From positions 16,802,001 to 16,866,000 of the forward strand of contig OX597819.1 of the NCBI GenBank assembly GCA_951406725.2: 64,000 nucleotides of DNA. Reading direction: 5' to 3'. A program made the position numbers and the translations under genes. The notes under the pieces are model-generated. The model was not told where the DNA came from and ran no database searches. It saw only the letters and a list, made by a program, of their open reading frames with translations. Of this stretch, positions 40,716-54,800 are shown piece by piece. Each line of letters starts with the position of its first letter. Positions within the stretch are counted from its first letter, which is position 1. Source of the stretch: Octopus vulgaris. Lineage: Eukaryota.

Positions 40716-41125
40716 TTGAGTGAGGGAGCAGTGCGTACCATCAAAGTGACACAGGGGTAAAATATTCGAAGCCTAGTATACCCATCATGACTACCCGTCT
40801 GATAAAGGTACATCAGGCACAATCATCACGACCATATGTGCGCGACATGGTGATCTCATATCAAGATTAACAAAGGTCCCTGAATAAGGGTTGTTTAAGG
40901 GTGTTGGACAAAACACCCATGTTTCCAGAGGTGAATTATCCAAAATCCAAAGAATTCCTCTCAACACATGCCTATGATGCCCTCTCCCCACTACTTCTGC
41001 TCGTGATGAGAGATGCACATATTGCTAGCCACTAAGGGACATGCTCAACTGATTAAGGTCAAATAACTGACAAGCATTTGTGAGGTATTGAGCAGAATAT
41101 TTGCTGTAGCCCATCTTTTATACCA
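40716..41125 (-). mobile_element. non-coding dispersed element with (TAA)n-type tail, internally deleted copy
   Basis: Reverse complement of parts of 50928-51485. Confidence 0.8.
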
Positions 41126-41834
41126 ATTACTATTATAAGTAATAGGGATTAGTAGGATCTTTGTAGTAATAGACAAAATGCTTTACTGCATTTCCTTATG
41201 GCTCTCTTATTCACTTAGATCCTTTGGAGTCGATAAAATACAGTACTTACTAAGTACTGCGTTGACCTGATCGACTGTACCTCTAACCGAAATTGTGTCG
41301 TCTTGAGCTAATCTTAGACAATCATCGTCATTATTATTCGTCGAGTAGGGCAAGCAATATTCTTCTGTCTGTCGCTGTCCTCCAGTAAATTTGTATGAAG
41401 GTGAGAGAGAAGGATTAGCATGGACTAAATGAACGGGTTTATTCTTAGTATGTGGTTCTAGTTTGGAAAACACCATTGGGCGAGGGCAGTTACTCTTGGT
41501 AGTAACGATGATAATCCAGGATCTGTGGAGACTCCTTTACTGGGATTTTTTTTTCATTTGGTTATCTTTTATACTGTTATCTAACGCCTATTTTCTCATA
41601 ATCAATTCTGATGAACCTGTAATGTTTTTTCTTCATTGTAATTTGTTCTTGTAATGTATCATCAACTGCCACCCTTGTGGCAAATAAAGGAATAACTGTT
41701 AGTGTTAAAATGCTGGATGACAGAATCGGTAGAGTGCTGGATAAAATGTCTTTCATTATTTAGTTTTGTCCCTGAGCTCAAAACTTGACGTTAATGATGC
41801 TTTTCATCCTTCTTGGATTGATAAAGTAACTACT

Positions 41835-42400
41835 TACAGTTTCGCAGATGGATTGTACTTAACGGTAAATAAACTGTACCTCATTATAGTACCTACAAGT
41901 AGTTTACAATTTGGACTATACTCCATAGTGGTACTTTCAGTTAAATGAACTGTGGGAAATTATATGGGAGTTAATTACAGCTAGATGCGCTGCACTTCAT
42001 TGTGACACCAACTCATCTGTGGGACCAATTCATCTAAGTGGACTGTGCCTCACTGTGATACTTACAGCTAGGTGAATTGTATCTCATTGCGGCACCAACT
42101 TACAACTTAACAGGTGTATTGTTGCTCATAGCAGAACCTACATGCAACTAGATAGACTGTACAACATTGTGATACCTATTTACAGCTTGATGGTCTATAC
42201 TTCAGTGACATGTGTCTACAAATAGGTGAACTGTACTTCCATCTGATACCTAATTAAAGCTAGGTAAAACTGTACTTCACTGCAATACCTATTTACAACT
42301 AGGGAGGATACACCACTGTGTTCCTATTTAAAGCTAGGTAGATTATGTTTCAGTGTAGAGCCTGGTTAGAGCTAGGTAAACTGTAATTCATTGTGGAACG
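41835..42400. repeat. degenerate ~38-40 bp minisatellite; related array at about 39185-39600
   Basis: Recurrent TACCTATTTACAGCTAGGTGAACTGTAC-like units. Confidence 0.65.
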
Positions 42401-42744
42401 TGATCTTGTTGAGAATGAAATTTCTTGGCCTCGAGCGCAGCACATTGGGTAGTGCGGTCACACATCCTGTCGCAACGTCTTGTCCAAAACCTTCCTTCGG
42501 GACACAATTGAGAGAGGGCGAAAAGGCAGGTTACAATACGGCGACCCCGTTACGCATGACAAAGAAGAGAGACCAGTGGGGGTGGGCTGACTGCAAAAGC
42601 ACCCCTAGAGAGGCACCACAATGACTAGTTGCATTAGTTAAGGGAATTTGATGGGGATGATGATGGTGATGATGGTGATGATGATGACTGATGATGTCAT
42701 TGGTAGCAATCTATAATATTTAGTTAGCCAAAGGGAAAACCACT

Positions 42745-43150
42745 AATTCGCTCGATGTCCTAGAAATGACAAACAAATATCCTTCGAATTCCACTCTACC
42801 GTCTTAAAAAACACATCGGATGCTGTATTCTGGTGTTCACTATCCATTGAAATGAACATCATGATAGTTAAAGCTGGAATGCCTTTGATCAGAAGAGGTC
42901 TGTTCTATTACAACTGACTGTAGACTAAACAATAACAGCAACATATATAGCATAACACTTGCCCAAGAGTAAGCATTCACATAGTCAGTCGACCTGCTGG
43001 AAATAACAGCCGAATATCATTTAAGTTATATCCTATTGTATTACAGGAAAGATATACTGAGTAATGTAATCCTAGACACATTGTGTCTGGAACCAATCTT
43101 GAATTCCTTTGGTCAAAGGAGTGCTACGCCAAAGCTAACCTGGGTTTAAT
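42745..43150 (+). repeat. two adjacent copies of an old ~180-bp dispersed repeat
   Basis: GACCTGCT.GAAATA.CAGCC.AAT...CCTTTG.TCA..GG..TG motif; more copies at about 45105, 45600, 49480, 56185 and 59075 (+), and 31200, 57080 and 57990 (-). Confidence 0.6.
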
Positions 43151-43739
43151 CTGGATCTATAGAAATACACTATACAGACGTAAAAAGTAAAGTTAAATCA
43201 ATCTCCGTAGGTTTCGATGATGAATTTCGTGGTACAATTGCACTTCCTTATCCCTGAATTATCGTGTAAGTGTCTGAGTATCCCACAAACACATGTACCT
43301 TTAATGTAACCCTTTGAGAGAATCACTGTGATAGAGTATGACACGGCTGACTGACCCTTTTAATTACAGTTCATCGTTTGTTATAGAGTTATTGAGTACT
43401 TCACAAGTATTTCTATCCTTAAAGCGATCCACGTGCAGATTCAGTGTGATATAATGTTTGTCCTTTGTTGTTTTAATTCATCTTGTTCTTCAGTGTACAT
43501 GACGGAGTATTCTGCTTCAATTTAATTCTGAAGTAGAATATGTGACAAAGCAAGTCACACTGGTCAAGTGCATCCTACAAGCTTCTGCAAGTTTCTATTT
43601 ATCTTATTTCTTTCGCAAACCTGGGTTGACACGAGGCCATAATAGAAGCCATTTACCTAATCTGCACATAGTGCGATCGAACCTAGGATCCATCGAATAC
43701 GAAGCAAACGTTTTAACTGATATAGTATACATATACACA

Positions 43740-43786
<47 letters not shown>

Positions 43787-46489
43787 GGAGATACATACGC
43801 ACATACATATATCATACACACACACACATATATATGCATACGTACGTACATCTCTCTCTCTCTCTCTCTAATTATCTGTTTATCTGAAAACATACAAACA
43901 CACACAAACATACTCATTGTATTTGTAAGTTGTAAATGAAGAACAAAGTAAAGGAAATTCAACTCGTGAAGTACAGAAGTTATTTAAGTATATGCTAGTT
44001 AAAGTTGGCTGTTTTTCCATCACTTTAGATATCTTGCCAAAAGGCAATCCTCAAATGGTATTTCAACAAAGTAGTTTAAGGACAACCAGTGTTCAAGCGT
44101 TTTACACCATTGTACATTATCGAACATGTCTATTTGGATAGCTTGACTTTCTAGAAATAACAGCAATATCTCTCTCAGACCACATATTACTATTGTAAAA
44201 AAAAAAATCTAACTTTAAGTCTTCGATCAAAACAAAAAAAAAAAAAGAGGGGAATAGGCATGGTAGAACTGCTTTGTCCATGTGTCTGCTCAGGCAGTAT
44301 GTTGCAGTGAATGGTAGCGAAAAAGGTACTGTTGTTTGTTGCAAATAGTATCAACTGCTGCTATATACATCATACCACTTTCTATTGAAGAGAAACCCTA
44401 TACAGCTTTGTTACTATTTCTTTAATGGTGTTAGTCATGGAAAAGGGTCTGTACCCTTGATATTGGGATTTCTCTATGATTGGTTAGACAAAAGTGATTC
44501 ATGTTCAGTTTGATCAGACAAAAACTAAAAAAAAAAAAAAGAAAAAACTCAATATCTGGAAATGTAAGCACCAAAGGAACTCTTGAGGATCGTGTGGGTG
44601 CGTTCTGGGGAGAAGGATTGGGTAAGATACAGAATGAGTGACAAGGCTAAGGATACAGATGTGTAGGATGGACTTGGGTAGAAATTGTACACAAGTAGTT
44701 ATTTACGAGGAGCAGAAACTATTGTGACTTTTTGGAGTATATTGGTGAGCGAGTTCTTTGTCAATCCGCGACATGGCTTTTTTGTATCCGGTCAAGTCCA
44801 ATAGCACTACCAGATGTGATGACATATCAACATACCATCATAGCGCTTTTTGTCGTATCACTATACCATTGAATATTGTAGATAAATATATAAAGTAGAC
44901 GATGTGTGTTACTGTTGGTTACAAAGTCAGCATACTATCAATATACCATTATACCAGTGTACAATGTTGAAATACGTCAGTGTTACAACCGGTAACACTA
45001 ACAACATACCATCATAAAACTGTTTCCGCCACACTATTATAGCATTAGATATCATCAAGAAATAATTACACAGCTATGATTGGTAATATCAACGAGAAAG
45101 GAGTTTATGTGGTTGATTGACCTACTAAAAACAGCAGTAAAACCTCTCCATAAAAAGGAAGAATGTATGGGATGGGAAGAGCGCTTTTAATAATTTGTTT
45201 CCTGGATCAGATCTGAACTGGATCTAAACAACAATAAGCTCTGTTGTACAATCAATCATAACAGAATATAAAGTTAGACTTCAGTTAGACTCTAATCAAT
45301 AATTTGTCTAACAATAGCCAGTCCGGCACTTCGAAGAGGCAACCTCCACATCGAAATCGACTTGTTTGAAATATCAGCAAAATCCCCCTCAGTTCGCATT
45401 CTACCGTATAGGAGGATACATTGAACAATATAGTTCTGCTTATACAGTATATTAAGAATGGCAGGATAGTCACAGCTGGAACGATTTTTGATAAATGGTT
45501 GTTGGATTAGAAGTGGACCAGTTGCTAAACAAGAACACTCCATCATTTAGCTGTATAAGACAATGAGATAAAGAGATGAGATAGAGAGATATCTGTTACG
45601 TGGTCAGTTAATGTGCTACAAATAGCAGTCAAGTCACAGTCAAATTACACTCTACAGTTTTGTATATAATATGGTCTTAGAAATGATATGACTATGAAAA
45701 AGTTAGCTCAGTGTAGAATACGGGCTTAACAATAAATAACTCACCAATAAACTACGTGAATGCCATCAGCTGATATTTTGTGTTTATGTTAATATGAATA
45801 ATTGTGTGTGTATGCGTGTATATGAAGAGATTTATACACACGTCCATACAAGCATGCACGCACGCACACACATATACATACCCATATAGGTATACATATA
45901 TATAGACACATACACATAAATATACAAATGCGTATACACATCTCACATACATCTATACGAATGTATACACATCAATACACGAACTCCAAACTAACTGACA
46001 GTTTACCTCAACAACGCCTGAAGGAGAAACAGTCTGCATATCAACGAAGGTTATGCGTGGCTATATCTCTCATAAACTTGGGGCTGATACTAACATGTAA
46101 CTTCGTTTGAACTTCTAACCGTTACAGTACGTTACTTTTCGATGGTTATGCTTTTGAAATCTAAGAGATCGTTTCAAAATATCTAATAAACAAACGAATC
46201 AGTGAAGTCCTGAAACCCCGAAGATGTTATTGGGGGTTTAAGGGCTTCACTGAAAATGCCGGTTATGTGAAAGATAACCGACATTTTAACTGCTGCCTAA
46301 AAATATTATTAGAGTACTCCTTTCCAATACAGCATGTTGCTTATAAAACAATATACAATGCCATCCGTAGGAAAGACTGCACTAGGATAGATATAGAAAA
46401 ATACGCTTGTTATTTTAAACATACATACATACATACATACATTAGAAATATTGCGGGAACATCTCTATAAAATCATCCGCCAAATGCAA

Positions 46490-47030
46490 ACATAACAGGC
46501 CTGGTATGGTTGTTTGGGGCAGAAAAGATAAAAAAACAAACTACGTAGTTATAGAGGGTGAACTGGGAAAAGAATTGAGTTTCTACTCCCAAGAGAGAAG
46601 ACGCGAAAGATATGTAGTGATGTACATATATATGGAAGATCTTGGAAGGTCTAGCTCCCAACTTTAGAATTGAAACATTTACAAACTACAGAACCGGACG
46701 CCTTTGTATAGTGCCAAAGATCCCGACTTCTCCATCTAGAATAAGAACCCAGTATTCAAACCGCTTAGGCTTCAAGTGCCCACAACCTTTCAACATTCTG
46801 CCGAAGAACCTCAGAGATCTACGAGGTGTAGATGTGAATGTTTTTAAAGAACATTTAGAGAAATTTTTATCTGATGTACTTGATGAACCCACATTGCGAC
46901 AGGAAGCAAAAAGGAGAGCAGTTCTGTCCAACAACATTTCGGAAGTGAATGTGAATTGCAAAACCAGTTATACTAAAGACGGTGCCCCGGCATGGCTGCA
47001 GATTTTGGCTGAAACCAGCAAAAGCAAACG
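46490..47030 (+). pseudogene. 3' fragment of a CR1-group LINE (subfamily of 17040-19385)
   Basis: WKILEGLAPNFRI, RTGRLCIVPKIP, FNILPKNLRDL; tail GGTGCCCCGGCATGGCTGCAG..GGCTGAAAC. Confidence 0.85.
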
Positions 47031-47448
47031 GAAGAGATTTGGTACACCTTGTCGCCTCATTTGGGAGCAAAATCTATTCTATGAGGACATTTTTAAGACG
47101 GACGTTTTGGCACAAAGAAAATATTTTTATGCAGAAAACTGGTTTCATTCCGTCTATTTTTAAATACAAGAGTTGATATTACCAAATGGTTCAACGGCTA
47201 CAGAAACCCGTTTGGTGATTACTGTTCCTGTCAATAGGTAACATCTAAATCCATCTTAAGCAATTCTGCAATCTAAAGCTAGGTTAGTGGCAGGATAGTT
47301 AAGCAACCATTTGTGGGGAGCTTTTGGCGCACTACGATGATCCGGTTCTTGACTGAAGACTGAGGGCTTCGAATGTCCTGTCTGTGTTTGTTGTATCGTC
47401 TTCTAAGTGTTATGCGTTCTTGTCCGAGTTTGTATTTTTCTACATATC

Positions 47449-47451
<3 letters not shown>

Positions 47452-47521
<70 letters not shown>

Positions 47522-47538
47522 ATATATATATATATATG

Positions 47539-47588
<50 letters not shown>

Positions 47589-47606
47589 TATGTATATGTA
47601 TGTATG

Positions 47607-47676
<70 letters not shown>

Positions 47677-47774
47677 TATATATGTATGTATATATATATG
47701 TATGTATATATATATATGTATATATATATGTATGTATGTATATATATATATATGTATGTATGTATATATGTATG

Positions 47775-47819
<45 letters not shown>

Positions 47820-47870
47820 ATATATATGTATGTATATATATATGTATATATATATGTATGTATATATATG

Positions 47871-47949
<79 letters not shown>

Positions 47950-47986
47950 GTATGTATATATATATTTATATATATATGTATGTATG

Positions 47987-48027
<41 letters not shown>
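47452..48027. repeat. (TA)n/(TATG)n microsatellite
   Basis: Directly visible. Confidence 0.95.
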
Positions 48028-48031
<4 letters not shown>

Positions 48032-49796
48032 CTTGTAGAGAGAGAGAGAGCAAACCTAGACCCCGGCTGTAGTAAGTTATTAAAAGTTTGACAAAACATA
48101 TCCCAAGCTTATCTCGTCGCCATTCTTGATGTGTCTGCCTAGAGAAATATGATATGTAGAAAGCGTGATACAGTTATCAACGCCCCCATTAATCCAACCG
48201 ATTTACAACAATTAGTTCTGTCAGAACGTAACAAAATATATACGTCCCTCAACCAGGTGTATATGAATAAATGAACCTACATTTTTGTTTATATATATAT
48301 ATATATATATATATACAGGTAAATTACGTTTTTTTGTTTTACGTATATTATCTCTTTACATTTGCATCTTTGAATCATGATGAATTAATCAAACAAATTA
48401 TATCATAGCGTCAAAATGTCTGTCGCCAAATAGGTTGGCGCCAAAAAGATCGTGCCAAATGGATAGACCACGCCATATCTCTGCGTTCGATCGTCTGAGT
48501 ACGCAGTTAGTGAGGTCAGCTGATCTGCATATATGAACATTTCTTTGAAAATCGGAAAACAGGAGAATATTGACGGACAACTACTTTGAGACCTACTTTT
48601 TCTCTATCCAGATTCTAAATTCACATAAGTCATATACATTCTGTAAGTGGAACAATAAAATGTGCAACAAAGTTTCTACATGCAACTTTTCATTGTTGCT
48701 ATCTAAATTCCTGCGACGGAGCTTTGTTTCTTCCAGTTGCCTCTTTGTAAGGAAGAATTCAAATTATTAATCTATACTCTTACATGCATATAAGCTCATG
48801 CATACAGAGAGAAATGTTCCACCTGTTTCGAGGAAGTGTGTTAATGTGTACGATCCACTGAACTACTTTTTTTATTCAATTAACGTGTAAGCCCCTGAAT
48901 AATCCACGTGGAAGTGTACTATGAATGCAATTCTCGAGTAGAATCAGCGTGGGACGTAGATTCCACAATTTTACCCACAAAACTTGTGTCACATGAAGCT
49001 ACGTACACAATGGGATTGAACGCGGGACCTAGTGATTGCAAAACCATCGTCTTGAACATTCGGCCTAGCAATGCCTATACATACATACATACATACATAC
49101 ATTCGTACATACATACATACATACATACATACATACATACATACATACATACATACATACACACATATATACATACTTAACGTATCCATCACATACACTG
49201 ACTTCAAATAATTGCTCATATAAAAACAGACATGCTCAATAACCTGGTTGATGTTGAAATTTCCGTGAAGGAGCCTTATATCTAGGTTAGAAACCGGCTC
49301 TTTCTCCATAGGCAAGGAATATAGAAATAAAACAAATTAACAACATACATACATACACTTACACACTCACACACACACGCACACACACATACAGGTGCAC
49401 AAATGTTCGTACATTCTTATGTATATCAATACGCACATGTATTATTCTCGTTTTGGGAGCCTGTATGTTGTGCGGGCAGCCTGTTAAAAGTAGCAGCAAA
49501 TCTACCTCAAATCACATCCTATCGTCTTAGAAAAAGGCTGCGCAACGTACTTACGAAAATAAGGACGAACTGGGGTGTTTGTTGTCATAGATTTGTCTAG
49601 AGCAAGCCAGACCATGGGTTATTCAAAAGCAAAATATCACATGGATTACGATCTTGTGTGTGTGTTTGTGTGTGTGCGTGTTTGAATGAGAATGTGCTTA
49701 GACACGCACATCTGCATATACATAAACACATGCATATGTACGACAGAGAGAAAGGGAGAAAGTGAAAGAGAGAGAGAATGTGTGTGTGTGTGTGCG

Positions 49797-49875
<79 letters not shown>

Positions 49876-50059
49876 TTTTGTATATATGCATGTAAAGATA
49901 TATGTATACATGTGAGTGTGTGTGTGTGTGTTTACACATTTAATCGTTATTATCTATGTATGTTTATAAATGTTCGTATGCGTATATATGCACGCATACA
50001 CATAGACTCATAAACGATACATACACATAATATATGTGTGTATAATAATAATATGTATA

Positions 50060-50097
<38 letters not shown>

Positions 50098-50348
50098 ATA
50101 TGCACACACTCTCGCTCACACGTACTATGTAGCACCTGTGATATATAATTTATACTCTGAACAGTTCCTTTTACTAGTTAGAATACCTAATAATGACGAT
50201 GAGTTTGATGGAGATAGTAATAGTAATATTAGTAGTTGTAGTAGTTGTAATCCTTTCTACTATAGTCACAAGGCCTGAAATTTGGGATGGGCAGATAGTC
50301 GATTACATCGACCTTCAGTACTTCGCTGGAACTTATTTTATTGACCAC

Positions 50349-50418
<70 letters not shown>

Positions 50419-50421
<3 letters not shown>

Positions 50422-50733
50422 AGGGATTCTATGGAGTTTGAATAATTCACCTCTGGAAACATAGGTTGTTTCATTCAACATCCTTAAACAACCCTTATTC
50501 AAGGACCTTTTGAGCGGGATGGGTTACTCGACCAGAAGAAAATTCTAACTGGGCCCCACCTGCAAGGTCATGTGCTGTTTATCTTCATATGAGATCACCA
50601 TGTCGCGCACATATGGTTGTGATTCATGTGCCTGGTGTACCCTTATCAGACGGGTAGTCATGATGGGTATACTGGGCTTCGTATATTTTACCCCAGTGTC
50701 ACTTTGATGGCATGCACTGCTCTCTCTCACTCA
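50419..50733 (+). mobile_element. 5'-truncated copy of the (TAA)n-tailed element
   Basis: Matches the 3' part of 50928-51485; (TAA)n on both flanks. Confidence 0.85.
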
Positions 50734-50927
50734 ATAATAATAATAATAATAAATAAATAAATAAATAACAATAACAATAATAATGGTTTCAAATTTTGCC
50801 ACAAGGGAAGCCATTTTAAGGGATTACGTAGACCCCCAATGTTTCACTGGTACTTAATTTATCAACCCCGAAAGGATGAAAGCAAAACCGACCTCAACAA
50901 TAATAACAACAACAACAATAATAGTAA

Positions 50928-51485
50928 ATGTCCTGATACAATACCAGGCACTAGCTCTCATGGCTTTTGATCTTAACTGATTGGAAGTGTTATCATGTAC
51001 ATGTTTTGTCTTGGTATAAAAGATGGGCTACAGCAAATATTCTGCTAAATACCACTGAAATGTTTGTCAGTTGTTTGATATTAACTAGTTGAGTATATCC
51101 CTTGGTGACTGACAATATGTGCATCTCTGATCACGAGCAGAAGTAGTGGAGGAACATCATAATCATGTGTTCAGAGGAATTCTTAGGGTTTGAATAATTC
51201 ACCTCTGGAAACATGGGTGTTTCGATTAACATATTTAAACAATCCTTATTCAGGGACCTTTTGAGCGGAATGGGCTACTCGACTTGAAGAAAATTCTAAC
51301 TGGACTCCACCTGCAAGGTCATACGCTGTTTATCTTGATATGAAATGACCATGTCGCGCATATATGGTTCTGATGCATGTGCGTGGTGTACCCATATCAG
51401 ACGAGTAGTCTTGATGGGTATATTGGGCTTCGTATATTTGTACTCCAGTGTCACTTGGATGGCATGCGCTGCTCCCTCGCTCAAT
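50928..51485 (+). mobile_element. ~560-bp non-coding dispersed element ending CTC-AAT.., longest copy in the window
   Basis: Three copies in the window share the same 3' end. Confidence 0.8.
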
Positions 51486-51740
51486 AGCAATAACAACAAT
51501 AATAATGATATTAATAATAATAATAATGATAATATAATCATAATGATAAAAATAAATGTTTTCCCCATAATTATAACGTCAAAGAAAACATTAATGGGAA
51601 GAAAAAAAAATACATGCACATAAATATACTTAAGGCAATTACATAAACAAAACTTTACGCGTACACATGCTAAAACACATATACACGGAAACACTCTGAT
51701 GTATGTACGTATGTAATGTATGTATGTGTGTGTGTGTATA

Positions 51741-51785
<45 letters not shown>

Positions 51786-51900
51786 TAATGGTATGTATAT
51801 ATATATATATATATGATATGCATATATATATTATATATATATTATAAATATATACATACATATATATAATTAAATATATATATATATATATATGATATGC

Positions 51901-51941
<41 letters not shown>

Positions 51942-52034
51942 GTATATGTATACAAAATGCATGTATATATATGTATAGTATTTATATACATAATATGTGT
52001 GTATATGTACACACACACACACACATAAATATTT

Positions 52035-52108
52035 CACATGGTTCCATCCTCGAGCCGGCCAAAGCTTTACGGGTGGATTTGGTTGACAGAAACTGAAAGA
52101 AGCATGTC

Positions 52109-52181
<73 letters not shown>

Positions 52182-52341
52182 TGTTTGTCCACCCCCATCG
52201 CTTGACTCAGCCGTAGGCAAAAGGAACCGTTAAAATAAGCACTAGGCTTAAAAGGAATAAGTTCTGGGGTCGATTTGTTCGACTGAAAGCGGTGCTCCAG
52301 CATGGCCGCAGTCGACTGAAACAAGTAAAAGAATAAAAGAA
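52035..52341 (+). mobile_element. SINE (family of 5659-6064), deleted copy
   Basis: GTGGATTTGGTTGACAGAAACTGAAAGAAG..; tail GCGGTGCTCCAGCATGGCCGCAGTCGACTGAAACAAGTAAAAG. Confidence 0.75.
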
Positions 52342-52718
52342 AAAATGTGTGTGTATAGACATGCACACACACATATATAATGTATACACACAGAGATATG
52401 TATGCGTGTTTGTATGTATACAGCACGTACATATAGACAATACACAGTTATACACAACTGTAAATATAAACCTATAGAAATACATCAGACCCGCACACGT
52501 AGATTCCTACATAAACGCACATACACACAAACACACAACGACATACCTGCACATGCACGCAAATGTTCAAATGGAAATACTGTTATGCACACAGCAACAT
52601 GTGTACAACGACGTGTGCGTGTGTATGTATGTAAAATTGAATATAGTACACGTACAAATACACATGTATGTAACTACGCGTCGCTGTGTTCGTGTGTTGG
52701 TTACGTTTACCAGTTGGT

Positions 52719-52758
<40 letters not shown>

Positions 52759-53074
52759 CTATATAAAAATTTCATTTTCAATTAATATGTGTACGAAAGC
52801 AATTCATCTTATGTTTGTGTCCGTGTGTCAGTTTCTCTGTTGGTCACAGCTTGTCAAAAAATCTGGCTATTACACCTACCACCACCCACCCTTGCAACTA
52901 CTACTAATTAGATCACCACAACCACGTCGCTAATCAGTAATAAACATTTTAAGAGCAACAATCACAGTGACAACAACAGTCATAGTATTAACAACATCAA
53001 TTAATGTAGCCGTGCTTAACAATGGCAACAGCAGTAGTTAAGACAAAACAGATATCACATTAACGACAACGGTA

Positions 53075-54065
53075 AGAACAGTAGCAACAGCGACAACAAC
53101 CCAGCAACAGGCACCGGTAGCAACAATCACAAGTGCTACAACAGTAGCAACAGTGACAACAACCCAGCAACAGCCACCGGTAGCAACAATCACAAGTGCT
53201 ACAACAGTAGCAACAACAACAATGACAATAGCAACAGGCACCGGTAGCAACAATCACAAGTGCTACAACAGTAGCAACAGCGACAACAACCAAGCAACAG
53301 CCACCGGTAGCAACAATCACAAGTGCTACAACAGTAGCAACAACAACAATGACAATAGCAACAGGCACCGGTAGCAACAATCACAAGTGCTACGACAGTT
53401 GCAACAGCGACAACAACCCAGCAACAGCCACCGGTAGCAACAATCACAAGTTCTACAACAGTAGCAACAGCGACAACAAACCCAGCAACAGCCACCGGTA
53501 GCAACAATCACAAGTGCTACAACAGTAGCAACAGCGACAACAACCCAGCAACAGCCACCGGTAGCAACAATCACAAGTGCTACAACAGTAGCAACAACAA
53601 CAATGACAATAGCAACAGGCACCGGTAGCAACAATCACAAGTGCTACAACAGTAGCAACAGCGACAACAACCCAGCAACAGCCACCGGTAGCAACAATCA
53701 CAAGTTCTACAACAGTAGCAACAGCAACAATGACAATAGCAACAGGCACCGGTAGCAACAATCACAAGTGCTACAACAGTAGCAACAGCGACAACAACCC
53801 AGCAACAGCCACCGGTAGCAACAATCACAAGTGCTACAACAGTAGCAACAGCGACAACAACCCAGCAACAGCCACCGGTAGCAACAATCACAAGTGCTAC
53901 AACAGTAGCAACAGCGACAACAACCCAGCAACAGCCACCGGTAGCAACCATCACAAGTGCTACAACAGTAGCAACAGCAACAATGACAATAGCAACAGGC
54001 ACCGGTAGCAACAATCACAAGTGCTACAACAGTAGCAACAGCAACAAGGACAATAGCAACAGCAA
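53075..54065. repeat. 63/64-bp minisatellite, 15 units, two variants
   Basis: CACCGGTAG at 53112, 53175, 53239, 53302, 53366, 53429, 53493, 53556, 53620, 53683, 53747, 53810, 53873, 53936 and 54000. Confidence 0.95.
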
Positions 54066-54308
54066 CAGTTACATTAGCAACAGCAGTAACAGAAGCAACA
54101 ATTAACAATGGCGGCGACAAGAGTAACAATAACAGCAGCATTAACTACCAGCACGACCACTATAATAATAATAACATAATAGTTTCTTTTCTTCTTTTTG
54201 TTTTTTGGTCTCTTCGACCAAATTGTTCACTAGTCGTTTTCAGGTGTCTCTCTGTCGCTTCCCCTCTCTCGCACACACCTACATGCATGCACACACACCT
54301 ACATGCAT

Positions 54309-54343
<35 letters not shown>

Positions 54344-54532
54344 GTCATACATACATACACATAGGTGCATATATATATATATATATATATGGACACACTT
54401 GTATACAAGCCCACACATAGACACAAACATATACACACATATACATACATACATACATACACACATATATATATGTGTGTGTGTGTGTGTACATAGACGT
54501 ATACATACATGTATACAAACATATACACAGCA

Positions 54533-54581
<49 letters not shown>

Positions 54582-54765
54582 GTTATGTGTATGTGTGTAT
54601 ACACACACATACGTTTGGGTTAACAAATGGCAAATGAAGTACTCCACACGTATAATTGGTATATTTACCCTTTCCAAGCTGGTAATTCACAATGTCGCTA
54701 CTCAGATTTTGCCACACATGCGATCATTCAGGCAATGAAAATCACACATGTCCACCGCGCGCGCG

Positions 54766-54800
<35 letters not shown>

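Noticed and set aside
53112-54065. CRISPR-like repeat/spacer look and Cys-rich (metallothionein-like) ORFs
   Set aside because: The 'spacers' are only two recurring variants, there are no cas genes, the context is eukaryotic, and the 64-bp units break the frame.
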